Shown here: positions 23,007-34,116 of the stretch, piece by piece
Position numbering within the stretch: position 1 is the stretch's first letter
Layout: each line of letters begins with the position of its first letter
Assembly: GCA_023920165.1 (NCBI GenBank)
Contig: CP089281.1
Span: forward strand, 744,001 to 808,000
Origin: Curvularia clavata
Lineage: Eukaryota
Direction of reading: 5' to 3'
DNA length: 64,000 bases
Made by a program: the position numbers and the translations under genes
Notes under the pieces: generated by a model
The model's database searches: none
Seen by the model: the letters and a program-made list of their open reading frames with translations, nothing else
Told to the model about the DNA's origin: nothing

Positions 23007-26000
23007 GGAGACTGAAAAGGGCTACAACGGCCCAGTTATTTTGAAATGGAAAAGTGCCGGATATTGCAGCTCGCAGATCGAGAGAGCTGGACGCGCAATG
23101 CAGAAAGAGATGCACGCCCCATGACGAAGGGAGGGTCTATGTAGTAGTGTAAACATACCAGGTCGTCAAGCGCAGACTGACACGTTGGGTGGGTCCTTTG
23201 ACTCGAGACAACGGGGCAATTAGCGTCGTGCTGGCAGCGACTGGGCTCGCCGATGTATCCTTTGGATGCGCGAGAGATTGGCTCTAGTTTGGTAAGCTAC
23301 CGTCACAGAACATGGATGCCGCGTTGTCTGGTAGTATGGGCTAATGCAAGGCACGCTCGAGAAGGCAACGCCAGTGATCGTAGATTCGCCCCGTTGCTGT
23401 GAGAAATCGAGAGATTCAATGTCGACGCGCTCAAATACTGCCGAGCGCATCAGGGATGGCGAGAAAGCTAGGCACCCAGCCAATCAGCGCTGTGGCAACC
23501 CAGGGATCGCATGGGACCTGTGAGCTGTACCTTCAGACCGTTTGAAATACGTTGTCAAATCCGGTCCGTTGGAAAATCCGGCCAAAAAGAAACCAATGGC
23601 CACACCAAAGTCTCAACCCGTGAGGTGCACGCGGCTAGCAACATGTTTGTTTTCTGCCGCTTCTTGCATGCACCAGTGCCCTTCTTCCACCGCCGCATTC
23701 GACGGGAGACGGGAGACGGCAGGCGGCAGATACGTATTGATTTCTTCCGAGTGTGGGCGAATGTGATCGGCATTTGTACTTGGGCCCTGGCCATTGCTAC
23801 CTATGTCATACTAGCTCTTGGGTGACTCTGAGTTCAGTCTCACTGGAGGCGGTGGGGATGGGCGAGTTGGCAGTCGCTCAACGACCGGGGGACACGTGCG
23901 TGTGGACCTTCGCGGTGCCAACTGTCAATCCTCAACTGCTACCTGCGGTGTAGACGATGCGCTAGGGGAACGGGTAGACGCTCCAAGCCAGCTGCCTTTT
24001 TTTGCTCAAATAAGAAAGGATAGTTGAAATTGCTCTGTTTGACGCCTCCTTGACGCCATATCGATTGATGTTCCTGACTTCGCTTTCGTATCCTGCAGTT
24101 CGGTCCTTTGAGATGCCTTCAATTGGGATGGCCTGGCTCGTTGGCGTCCTGTCTGGAACCGATGCACATTACTCGGGAACCTGATAAGCCCACAGACCGC
24201 CCCTCGCAGACATGGATGGCATGACTGGTGTCGTTTGGGGAGCAGGGGCACGGACTCTACTCCGCGATTAAGTGGTGTTGACCTTGAGGTTGGAGCGGCG
24301 AAGCATTCAGCTGCACTACTGCAGCCGACCCAGCAAAGTTTGGATTCATGACGTATTGACAACTGGGAGAAATGGGTGGGCGGCCAGGGTGCCTGGTGCT
24401 GGGAAGGGTTTGCGATGCCGAAACGCAGGGCAGCGTTCCCCAGTGCTGATCGAGTTTTTCCTTTTTGCATAATTATCCGAGTGAACGAGTGACCGTGTTC
24501 CCGTAGCAGCGCAGAGAGAGGCGTGGGGTTGTGCTCGCACGTGAACAAATGTCCACCACCTTCTCAGCGTTGCATACAGTAGCTACACAACTGTGGCGCA
24601 TCCTGTCCCTCCACCACCGCCTACTCCTAGCACGGCTGCAATCAATAGCAAATATTCGAGGCCACTCTAATCCAAGCTAACGATCATCCTCGCCAGCATG
24701 CAGCTAGTGGCGATGCGACCAGACCTGGACATCGCATCCGTCCTGAACATGTCAAATACGGGTCAATATTGGAACCGGAACCCAGCCAATCACGACGTGC
24801 GAGGGCCTAGAAGCCCGCCAGAACCATCATACCCAGCTGATGGCTAACATTCTACGTCATGAACGATGTTACCCCCGGATCGGGCAGCGGCCGCAGCCGA
24901 TAATGTGCACTACCAGTACCAAGCTAGAGCGGAGAAGAGCGGTTGAACCGCTCAGATTCGACTCACGCCTAGTCCCCTCGCCCCTGAGCCTGTGCAGGAG
25001 ACCTTACCAACGAATCTTGAGACACACATGGTCACGAAGTCTTGTGGCCGAACCTTTTGATCGTACATGGTTCTTTTACTTTTTAATCATGTTTTGCATA
25101 AAAATAGGCATGTTCAGGCTTGTGCGGTAATCCCGAATACAATCTTGCCCTTAGGACTACTGTAACGTACATCGTGACCAGTCAACGGAATGAGGACGAA
25201 CCACTAACTACATGAGCTATGTAGCAGCGAAAAAAAAATTATCCAGAGACCCGAAACTACGCAGTGTAGTTGGGAGAACATGTGTTCAAGTTGCAACGGA
25301 ACAATTCATACACATTTTGCTCGTTATCTTAGACCCAATTGGAACTATTTCAATGAACAAGAAAATGTAATGGGTTTTCTTATGCTGACGAACCTCGCGA
25401 TACTCAGATACATAGTCAACGGTTAACAAGGCAACATGTTCGAGCAACGAAAGATGGATAATGAGCACTGAACCTTTGAGGCATCAGAAATGCCGCATAT
25501 GCCTCACCAACGGTCACCCAATATTTGTACTTCAAAGTAATCCTTTACACGGGTACCCTCGCTATCCACCCATAGATTCCTATAGTATTATGTTGCTCAC
25601 TTGAAAGCACGACAAGACGCACATATTGTAGCCATCCTATTCCTCTTCTACCGCCCCCTGAAAAATAAAATCCATTGACATGAGCAAGCACGGCATATGA
25701 GTGTCACCTACCATGATCAATGAGAGGTCGCACTCAGTTACCATCTTTGGGTTTGCCACCTGCCCTATGTCGTCCGTGAACCTTAATTTCTATGGCTGGT
25801 ACTTTCTTTTTCTCGGATTCGTGAGCTTCCATGACTTCTGGAAGCAAAACCCAAAACAGCTAAACGGCGCGGACATGGCCGAGCAAGTTGATCTGTGGCA
25901 AGCAGTAAAAAGTAATGGATAGAATAGCGCCGAAGCGCTGCCTGAACCAAGGTTGTGAAACGAAAATAGAAACAGCACGTTGCCACCCGCAATATACCAT

Positions 26001-26297
26001 TCTCTCGACAGTATAGCAGTCAGTTGCCATTACACCGTGGCTGAGAGGAAGACACATACATGTAGGTAATTGCAGGATTTCACGAGCTCAGGTTACTACT
26101 TGGTAGCAGTGAGCTCTTTCGTGTCTGCGTCAACAGCTGTGCAACCACATATCTCTATAACACGCAAAAACATGTTCTATCTCTGCAACTATGCTACATA
26201 TAATGCTCTACTTGTAGTGCAAAAAAGATTTATCTAACGCGGCTAGCGTGGCTTATCCTACTCGCTTCCTCCTTCACCTCTTTTCCGTTTGATTGCC

Positions 26298-26312
26298 AAA
26301 AAAGGCAAAAAA
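26298..26312 (-). terminator. Tandem Pol III terminators (T6-GCC-T6)
   Basis: A6 runs at 26307-26312 and 26298-26303 on the + strand, directly after the 3' strand of the terminal helix. Confidence 0.7.
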
Positions 26313-26615
26313 TCAACCAATCCAACTCTCAGCTTCTGTTGCTCCAACGGACGTCCTTAGTTGGATTCGAACGCCCGTCCTCCTAGCTTAGCAACCCATT
26401 GTTGGTGACGACAACACTAGGTTATTCGAGACTTTCCTATGCCTGTCAGCAGTCTATTACATGTTGCAATCTTGCCTTCCTGCGGTGGTCAGGGCATCCT
26501 GTCTCCTGAGGGCATCCCATAATTGGGGAATTATTTCGCTCGATTCGAGACCCAGTGTCGCCGTCGTCGTCGTGCTAGGAGCCCACCCGACCACTGAGAG
26601 TATGGATTGGTTGAT
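26312..26615 (-). ncRNA. Candidate ~304-nt structured RNA polymerase III transcript, family unassigned
   Basis: The 5' and 3' ends form a 21-bp helix with a 1-nt bulge. Three further helices are present, and their non-Watson-Crick pairs are G-U only on the minus strand. A-box-like TGGTCGGGTGG, B box GTTCGAATCC, upstream ATAAATA, and two T6 runs at the 3' end. Confidence 0.8.
26363..26372 (-). promoter_or_regulatory. Pol III B box (GTTCGAATCC)
   Basis: Exact match to the GTTCRANYC consensus, inside the candidate ncRNA. Confidence 0.7.
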
Positions 26616-27686
26616 GAAATAATGGGAATTACTTTGATATTTATGCTTGCATTATTAGCAAACGGGTACTGGGGCTTTTGTAGCAAACACTGGGCTGCCG
26701 AATTCAGTCGAGCGATGGCCAGGGACAGCAAACGGCCCTGACAGTGCTATCTTACAAAAGCCCAAATTGCTTGCGTACACAAATGCCAATAACGGCTGCC
26801 CTAGCCCTGTTGCCGTCTGACTTCTCCGAGCATATACGGTAGGGTTGTCTTTGATTTCTATAGACCACAGAGCAGTTTGTACCTGGACTCGTGTATAGCG
26901 GCTCGACATACTTGCGTATTACGAAGTAATTTCCGCAAAAAGCCTCGCCCGCCCAATTACTCTTCTGTCTGGTTGACTTCTAGTCCTTAAGCCTCTATTA
27001 TGCGTAGTCGAAAGAAACAGATGTAGGCGGCAAGACAAAGCATGTTTTTGCGTAATTACCAAAACACCGAGAGCCAGGACTTGCACGTAAATCATTTTTA
27101 CATACACTCTGGGATTGATGCACAGGAGTGATATCATATGAATATCAACACAAAGGCTTATGATAGAGAAGAGTTTGAAAGGGCAGAAGTAGTCACCAGT
27201 GATAGTCCAAGTCCTAATATATGCTTTGCCCCTGATGAAAATGGTACAAGGCTCGTTTCGAATAATTTATCGGATACAGCTACGAATGAAGTCTTAGCAG
27301 CTGCTGAGTTAATCCTGGTGCATGTGTACCCAGAGAGATGGCCCTAGCTGAGGTACTAGGCTCCTCCAGTAGGCCAAGGGTGTGTCTATGACAGGACGTA
27401 TATAAGATAGACACAGCTGCTGTAATGGAGACGTACAAGGACATTCACACTCAAAAACAATCACGGCAAGACATGGCAAACACTGGGACTGGAAGATGAT
27501 GTCTATTGGCGTGAGGGGTTACTCAAAGCCATAATGGCACACCACTATATCTGCATCGTGATATCGTCGCTTTCCATGCGTATGAAAGTGCAGAAGAGAG
27601 AATAATCGAGAAGTCCGAGAAACCACGCCGTTGACCATCCGTATCCCATGTTGCCAGCCCACAAATCCGAACCACCTCTGCAACGT

Positions 27687-28305
27687 TTAGATGTAGGTCT
27701 CGTAAGGTACGGGTGTGATGTTCTCTGGCTTGTTGTCCTTGAGGCTGACGACACGGTCGCCACGGGGCATGGCAGGCTGGCGCTTCATCTGCTGGGGCTC
27801 GCCAGTCTCCTTGGCCTTTTGTTGCTTGGCGAAGTTGAGCTTGACGCGCTTGAGGAAGTCCTCTCGTGAGCGCGAGTGGCGGACGTGCTCGATGCGGACG
27901 TTGATGCGCTTCTCGAGGTATCGGTTGCCGACCTGCTTCTGGAGGATGACACCAACAGCGGACTTGGTGACGTTGTAGACGATACCGGTCTTGCCGTGGT
28001 AGACCTTGTAGGGCATACCCTTCTGGACCGCACCTGCGCAAAATCATAAGTCCTCCGCCTCCAATGCTTTTCGCTGGGTTGAACAGGGTTTCGTACCGTT
28101 GGCAACGACATCGACGATATCACCGACCTTGTACTGCTTGAGGTAGGTCGAGAGAGGGATCATACCCTTCTTCTTGAAGTCCCTCGAGAATCTAGCCCAG
28201 CGTCAGTCCATGTCGTCGTCGCCATCGCATTGCGACCAGCGTAATTTTTCGGGATGCAACGTACGCATAGCGCGTACCCGCGCGAAGACCGGCTGCGTGA
28301 CCCAT
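27687..28305 (-). CDS. RPL21: 60S ribosomal protein L21 (eL21); introns 28192-28264, 28034-28096
   Basis: [66 protein letters not shown]. Confidence 0.97.
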
Positions 28306-28885
28306 TGTGAATGTGTTGGGGGTGGTTGTGTGTGCGGCGAGGTGAGGTTCGAAAGTTCAACGATTGTATTTTTGCAGGCCTGTGTGGGAAGCGGTTGCCG
28401 CAAATGCCAAGCGTCCGTGCACATCGCTAGTCCGGTCTGCCAACCATCGAGGACATGAATGCTGGCTTTACGCCTGCGCCTGCAGTTAATATGAGATTAA
28501 ATTCACTTAAGTATGGAGATAGTCTCTCGCATTATGAGTCTGCGTGGTATGAATAGTTGCAACCATATGTGTTGAGTTGGATCACCTGGCATGCAGCATC
28601 GAGGGCAAGGATAATAAAGTGCATCTTTGTTCGCCCAGTACTGCGATAAACGACGTTGATAGTATCTTGAATGACATGAATGCACCAATTTAACATGTCT
28701 CATGTCGCCAATTTGCATAATAACCATGCTGTGTAAAGCATGCAGTGCTAAGGTACGGGCGGCGCTCTGCGTAGTTGATCCGAAGCGAAACGGAAAATGT
28801 CCGTGCGCCCACCACATCACTTGGCGTCCTTCGAAATTCACGTTCGTCCTCTGCCCACGACTTCTCTCCTCCATCGACAACCACA

Positions 28886-29668
28886 ATGGCGCCCCGCTCC
28901 TACTCCAAGACGTACAGCGTCCCCCGTCGTCCTTTCGAGTCCGCTCGTCTGTATGTGATTCCCCATGGCCACTGAGCGAGAGCGTGCTCCGCTTATGTCT
29001 GGGACACTGGTTAATTTTTGGCTAGGGATACTGAGCTGAAGCTCGTCGGCGAGTATGGTCTCCGCAACAAGCGCGAGGTCTGGCGAGTCCAGTTGACTCT
29101 GTCCAAGATCCGTCGTGCCGCCCGGTGAGTACTCAATTGCGCGCTCTGCACGCGATGCGAAATTTCGGAAAAGCGACAACCGCTAACTTTGACCAGTTCG
29201 CTTCTTACTCTTGACGAGAAGGACCCCAAGCGCCTCTTCGAGGGTAACGCTCTCATTCGCCGTCTCGTCCGTGTCGGTGTCCTCGACGAGTCCCGCATGA
29301 AGCTCGATTACGTCTTGGCCCTCAAGATTGAGGACTTCTTGGAGCGCCGTCTCCAGACCTGCGTCTACAAGCTCGGTCTTGCCAAGTCCATCCACCACGC
29401 TCGTGTCCTCATCCGCCAGCGCCACATCCGGTATGTCTTTGCTTCCAAGCAATCGCTGGGAAAAATTCGCGACTAACAAGGCCACAGTGTCGGAAAGCAG
29501 ATCGTCAACGTCCCCTCCTTCATGGTCCGCCTCGACTCCCAGAAGCACATTGACTTCGCTCTGACCTCGCCATTCGGTGGCGGCCGCCCTGGCCGTGTCA
29601 GGAGGAAGAAGGCCAAGGCCGCCGAGAAGGGTGGTGATGACGACGCCGGCGAGGAGGACGAGGAGTAA
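28886..29668 (+). CDS. RPS9: 40S ribosomal protein S9 (uS4); 3 introns (about 28951-29025, 29125-29196, 29431-29488)
   Basis: [76 protein letters not shown]. Confidence 0.97.
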
Positions 29669-30155
29669 ACATTACGCCAAAAAGAATGATTCATGGATGA
29701 TCGGCGTTGGGCATGACGGGATGAATCTCTTTGACAGGTTATCCTGTCCTGGAATGCACTATGTCTCTTGCGGGTCTCGGCTGGCAGAAATTCTACATAC
29801 ATACCCTGTAGTCTCTGCCCAAAATATTCAATTGCCATTGTCCGCTGCCGTTTGCTTGATATTGTGCGTGATGCTGTGCTTGGTCTAAACTTGATCCAAA
29901 TGCTGCTGCGATCGTGTTCTACATGTCAGTGCTTTCGTTCTACGTCTGTGCTGAATTTTTTTCCATATTGAACCTAGTAGTTATCGCGGATGCTATTCAT
30001 GGTAAATGTGACTATGATTTTATTATTAGACAAGCGAGTGTCTACATGTTCGCAATGTCTTTGCGTAGGGATTTGTTACTACTATGCAAGTGTTTCATTC
30101 TACGGGCGTATATACGCACAGAGAAATCTATCATGACCAAACACTCTTCTCCTGT

Positions 30156-31419
30156 CTAGTAGGTCGAGTCATCCGTGTACAACCTCGTTACAGGACTCGG
30201 TCTCCTATCCTCGCTCGCTGTGAGTCCGGCCGCGACTTTCTCCTGGCCCACCTTTGCACGTGCCTCCTGCATAATCCACAGTCCACTGCTGGTACCCAGT
30301 CTAGTAGCACCAGCCTCGAGCATCTTAACAGCAGTGTCGAGTTCCCTTACGCCGCCACTCGCCTTGACTTCCATTTGGCGCTTGCCAATGCCCTTGGAAG
30401 CAAGGTGCTCTGCGGCACCGACCATGAGCTGGACGTTGGGGAGCGTGGCACCGGGGCCGTTGAAGCCTGTCGACGTCTTGATGAAGTCAAAGGACGCGGC
30501 GGCAGCAAGGTGCGAGGCAGCAAGGATTTGTGCGGGTGTCAGCTGGGAAGTTTCGAGGATGAGTTTGAGTGTTGTGGTGGGGCAGAGAGAGCGGATCGTG
30601 GCTAGTTCTCTGTATATAGCGCTGTAGTCTGGAATCTCTTCACTTCCAGCGGTAGCAGCAGCACCAGCGTTCTTGGCCGTGTTGGCAGCTGTGATGCTGT
30701 CAATGGCCGAGTCTCTGGAGCTAAGGGCAACGGGTTCCCGGCGGTTGTGCTTTGTGAGCAGCGAGTGGTTGAGCACAACGTCGAGTTCAGCGGCGCCGGC
30801 TGCCACGGCAGCACGTGCTTCACGGCATTTGGAGTATGTGTCTTGGGTTCCCTCGTGGAAACCGACAACGCAGGCGACGAGGACATCGCTGCCTTTCAGG
30901 TTCGACACGCAGCGCTGCACCCAGTTCAGACGCACGCATACGGACTATTAATCAATATCAGTTCAATCGGTCTCAAGTTGCCTTGTTCGCATGTGATTTC
31001 AACACCGTGTGATGATGATGCAAACACAGAAAGCATACCTTGAATCCTTCAGTCCTCGCCTCACTACACAGTCCATCTATGGCTGAACTAGTCGCATCCA
31101 GCTTCAAGACGGTATGATCAATTGTCTTAGCCAACTCTTTCAGCGCCTCCTCTCCATTGCGCATCCGCGGTCCTTCGTAAACCTTGCTTGCGCGCTCCCC
31201 GCTCTTCACCTCCTGCAGCACATGCTTGGTCGTCTCATCGATCTGCGCCTGCCACTCGGCATTCGTATACCGATCCGTCATCATTTTGATTGGCGATTGC
31301 TCGTCGTTGTCAAGATCCGGGTTAGCGGCCAGGAACCCACGGATCAGCACTTCGGATTCTGTGAGGGGGATGGGGTGGGGGTTTGCTGCAGCGCCTCCGG
31401 TTCCCGTTGAAGATGACAT
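30156..31419 (-). CDS. Deoxyribose-phosphate aldolase (DeoC/DERA); intron 30945-31038
   Basis: IDHTVLK, SVCV, VVGFHEG, GAAELDVV, LKLILET, DFIKTSTGF (Schiff-base Lys), VKASGGVR, GATRLGTSS and a terminal Tyr. The start may be a downstream Met. Confidence 0.93.
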
Positions 31420-32375
31420 GGTGGATACTTAAGAGGCGGCTGTATTTATTGATTTTTCCCTTTGCTGTCCAAAGATATGATTTGATTTTTTCCAAGTTAG
31501 TGCCCCTTTTGGATCGTGTGTTGTGCGCGATAGGGAATAGTTGGTCGGAGCTGGAAAACAATGGGTGATGATGACGTGGGGTGGCTTTTCCGCGAGTCGT
31601 GGATGCAATCAAGGGGTTGGTTTACGCTAACACAAGCATGCGAGTATGTCTTGGTTGGGGCAGGACCGAAGACTATTAATGTGTTTTACATTCGTAGCGG
31701 AGGTCGGCGTTTTGCTTGTCATGTGTATGAGTCGGAATGGGGTCTCGACCAGGATTCCCCACTTCGAGTGTAGAAATGTGCAGCCCAGGTTGAGGTCCTT
31801 CTGTTCTGGGTCTAATGTGGACACTCGCCACAGCAACTAACCGCCCCGAATCATAAAAATTGCTTGGAATTTCGCAGTCAGCAGTTGGTGGATGCGACAA
31901 CAGCTACTGCTTCAGATATGGATTTTTTCGTGTTAGACAGATACACACACACATACACAAAACTGTCTTCACGAACAGCAATTCACCTGCTGATGGGTAT
32001 AAACGAGTGTGAGGATTTGACGTTTTGATTTACAAGGGACCGCTAGCATGCGTAGGTATCCTCGATTGCAAACCGGTCCTCACCCTGGACGACTGATCCA
32101 AAGGCTCTGAGATGCCATCTCTCCTCCCACATGCATGTACATGAAAGCTGAAAGACCATGCCGAACAAAAAGGAAATAGATTCGAGGAAAAGGGTGGTCC
32201 ATGAGCGCTGAGATATCCGGAACTCCCGTTTTTGTTGACTTTTGTATTGACTCGAGTCGAAAGATCCCTCTTCTATCCTGCGGTCGAGCCGATCGGCGCC
32301 AATGAGATCTACACCCTATGCCATGATAGTCGTCATCGTAACCCATCAATCCCCGCTGTCACTACAACGAGTCGC

Positions 32376-32905
32376 TTACTTCCTTCGGAAAGAGCAGCCC
32401 TCGGTCAACCGCGCCTTGCCACCAGTGGGCTGGCACCTGTGAATGCATTAGCCCTTGTCCTAATCTTATACCGTGTTGTCCCAAAAAAAAACTTACAGGA
32501 CCTGCGAGCAGCCCTGGCAGACGACGACTGTGTTGGCGTGCGAGAAGACGGTGGTGATGGTGAAGCATCCGGGGCACTTGACGTCCATGAAGAAGGAGCG
32601 GGGAGCAGGCACGAGAGTCTTGAGCTTGTGCTTGCGGGCCTCACTAGATGGGCTGTTAGTCGGTCGCCCAAGTCGACAGGGCGGATCTGGGAACGTACGC
32701 GGCCGGGGTGGGGTTGAGAAGGTCAACTGCGAGAACCTGGATAACTGTCAGTCCGTGTTCTTGCTTCATGTCGCATCTTCGCAGCGCTGCGTGGCCAGAG
32801 GTTGCGAATTGAACGCATGTGGCGAACTCTTCGACAGTCTCGTGTGCCTGCACACTGGCCCCTCGCAGGCGCTCCGCGAGGCTTTCGCAGGGTCAAACTC
32901 ACCAT
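32376..32905 (-). CDS. RPS27: 40S ribosomal protein S27 (eS27); first coding exon is the ATG only, 3 introns
   Basis: [83 protein letters not shown]. Confidence 0.96.
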
Positions 32906-34116
32906 ATTGACGGTTTATGGAGAGTCTTGAACTGGTTGTTGATCGCCGGTGGCTTGAAGTCGATGGATTGGGCGCGAGAGTCGAGGACGCGGACGGCTTG
33001 TAGAGGAGGAGAGGGTGTGCAAAACCAATGTGGGCGGGCCTTGCCTGGTTAGCCGACGCGCTAAGACATGCGTCCGTGCGCCAAACACTTTTCACCGGCG
33101 GCGAGACGTGAAGGACTTGATGGATACAGGTGCATGCAAATATGTTTGATGCCGATTTTTTTTGTAGATGTGTGCGCTGTCTTTGGAGCGTTTGTGTTAA
33201 GCACGCAAAGTAGCCATTCGCAGCAGGAACAGAACAGCCCGGTTGGTCCGTAAGAACCGTCAAACTGCATTGGCACATGAGAAGTACAGTAGCTTATCAA
33301 AAGTAGTGTTTCTACAGATGCCTTATGAGCTCATGAGTTGTCTGGGAATACCTATCCTCGATGACGGTGCTTCCCCGCGCCTTAGAGTGGCAGATTTCAC
33401 GTGAACACGCATGCAGGCGTCGTCATGAACCTTAATACTTCGCAGTGTGCGTCTAAAGATATATAATGGATGTGCATGTCAATGCAAAGACCAAAATAGC
33501 TTGAGACTGCAGCTGGGTTGGCATTGGGCTCATCCAATGTTTCAAGAGCTTCAAATACCTTCAATTCGTGCCAAACAACAGTTCACCAATGAGAAAAAAA
33601 AGGTGGCCGTTATTCAAGTCGGACCGACTGAGAAACACAGTATCCAACCACAGGTCCTGCTGACAAGACATCGATTTGGACATATGAGTGGCCAGAAGTC
33701 GTGCCGTATGTACTGTATGTCAATTGAGACCACGTGTATTACTACCCACTACCAGTAAGCAACCCAAGACATGGAAGACATTCAAGTTCTTGGATCGCCC
33801 CCGCCCAGGAAGATCACATGCTCACCAGACAAAAAAAGTTCGGGAGACTACGCTGTTGACGCTAAAGTGCGAGATATTACCCCAACTGACTGGCTGGAGG
33901 AGTCCCTTACCCCACTTAGCGTGTCTTGTGTACTTGGTTGTGGGAGAACTCCGGGGAAATGTGGATGTGGATGTGTGGCTGTTTGGTATAAGTAACGACG
34001 TGTGTTAAGACTGCAGTATTGCATATAAATAGTCTTACAATTGATCCAAGCAAAGCATACCTGCTCCACTCAGAAACTACAGAAAGTCGGTGCCCAACTG
34101 CTGAGAAACCGCAAGC

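Noticed and set aside
23220..26060. Short ORFs between the LOV gene and the ncRNA
   Set aside because: Mostly non-ATG starts, no motifs and no consistent splice signals. Likely promoter or intergenic DNA.
26312..26615. MITE or SINE interpretation of the terminal inverted repeat
   Set aside because: No target-site duplication and no second copy seen in the window. The internal helices rely on strand-specific G-U pairs and a Pol III terminator abuts the 3' end. Genome-wide copy number is still needed to exclude it fully.
26312..26615. Assignment as tRNA, SRP, RNase P or RNase MRP RNA
   Set aside because: No cloverleaf around the B box. No SRP Alu or helix-8 motifs. GGAAAGUCUC resembles MRP CR-I but lies inside the apical domain and has no complementary CR-V near the 3' end.
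27138..27347. 69-aa ATG ORF (MNINTKAYDREEF..)
   Set aside because: Short, with no recognisable domain. It cannot be supported without conservation or expression data.
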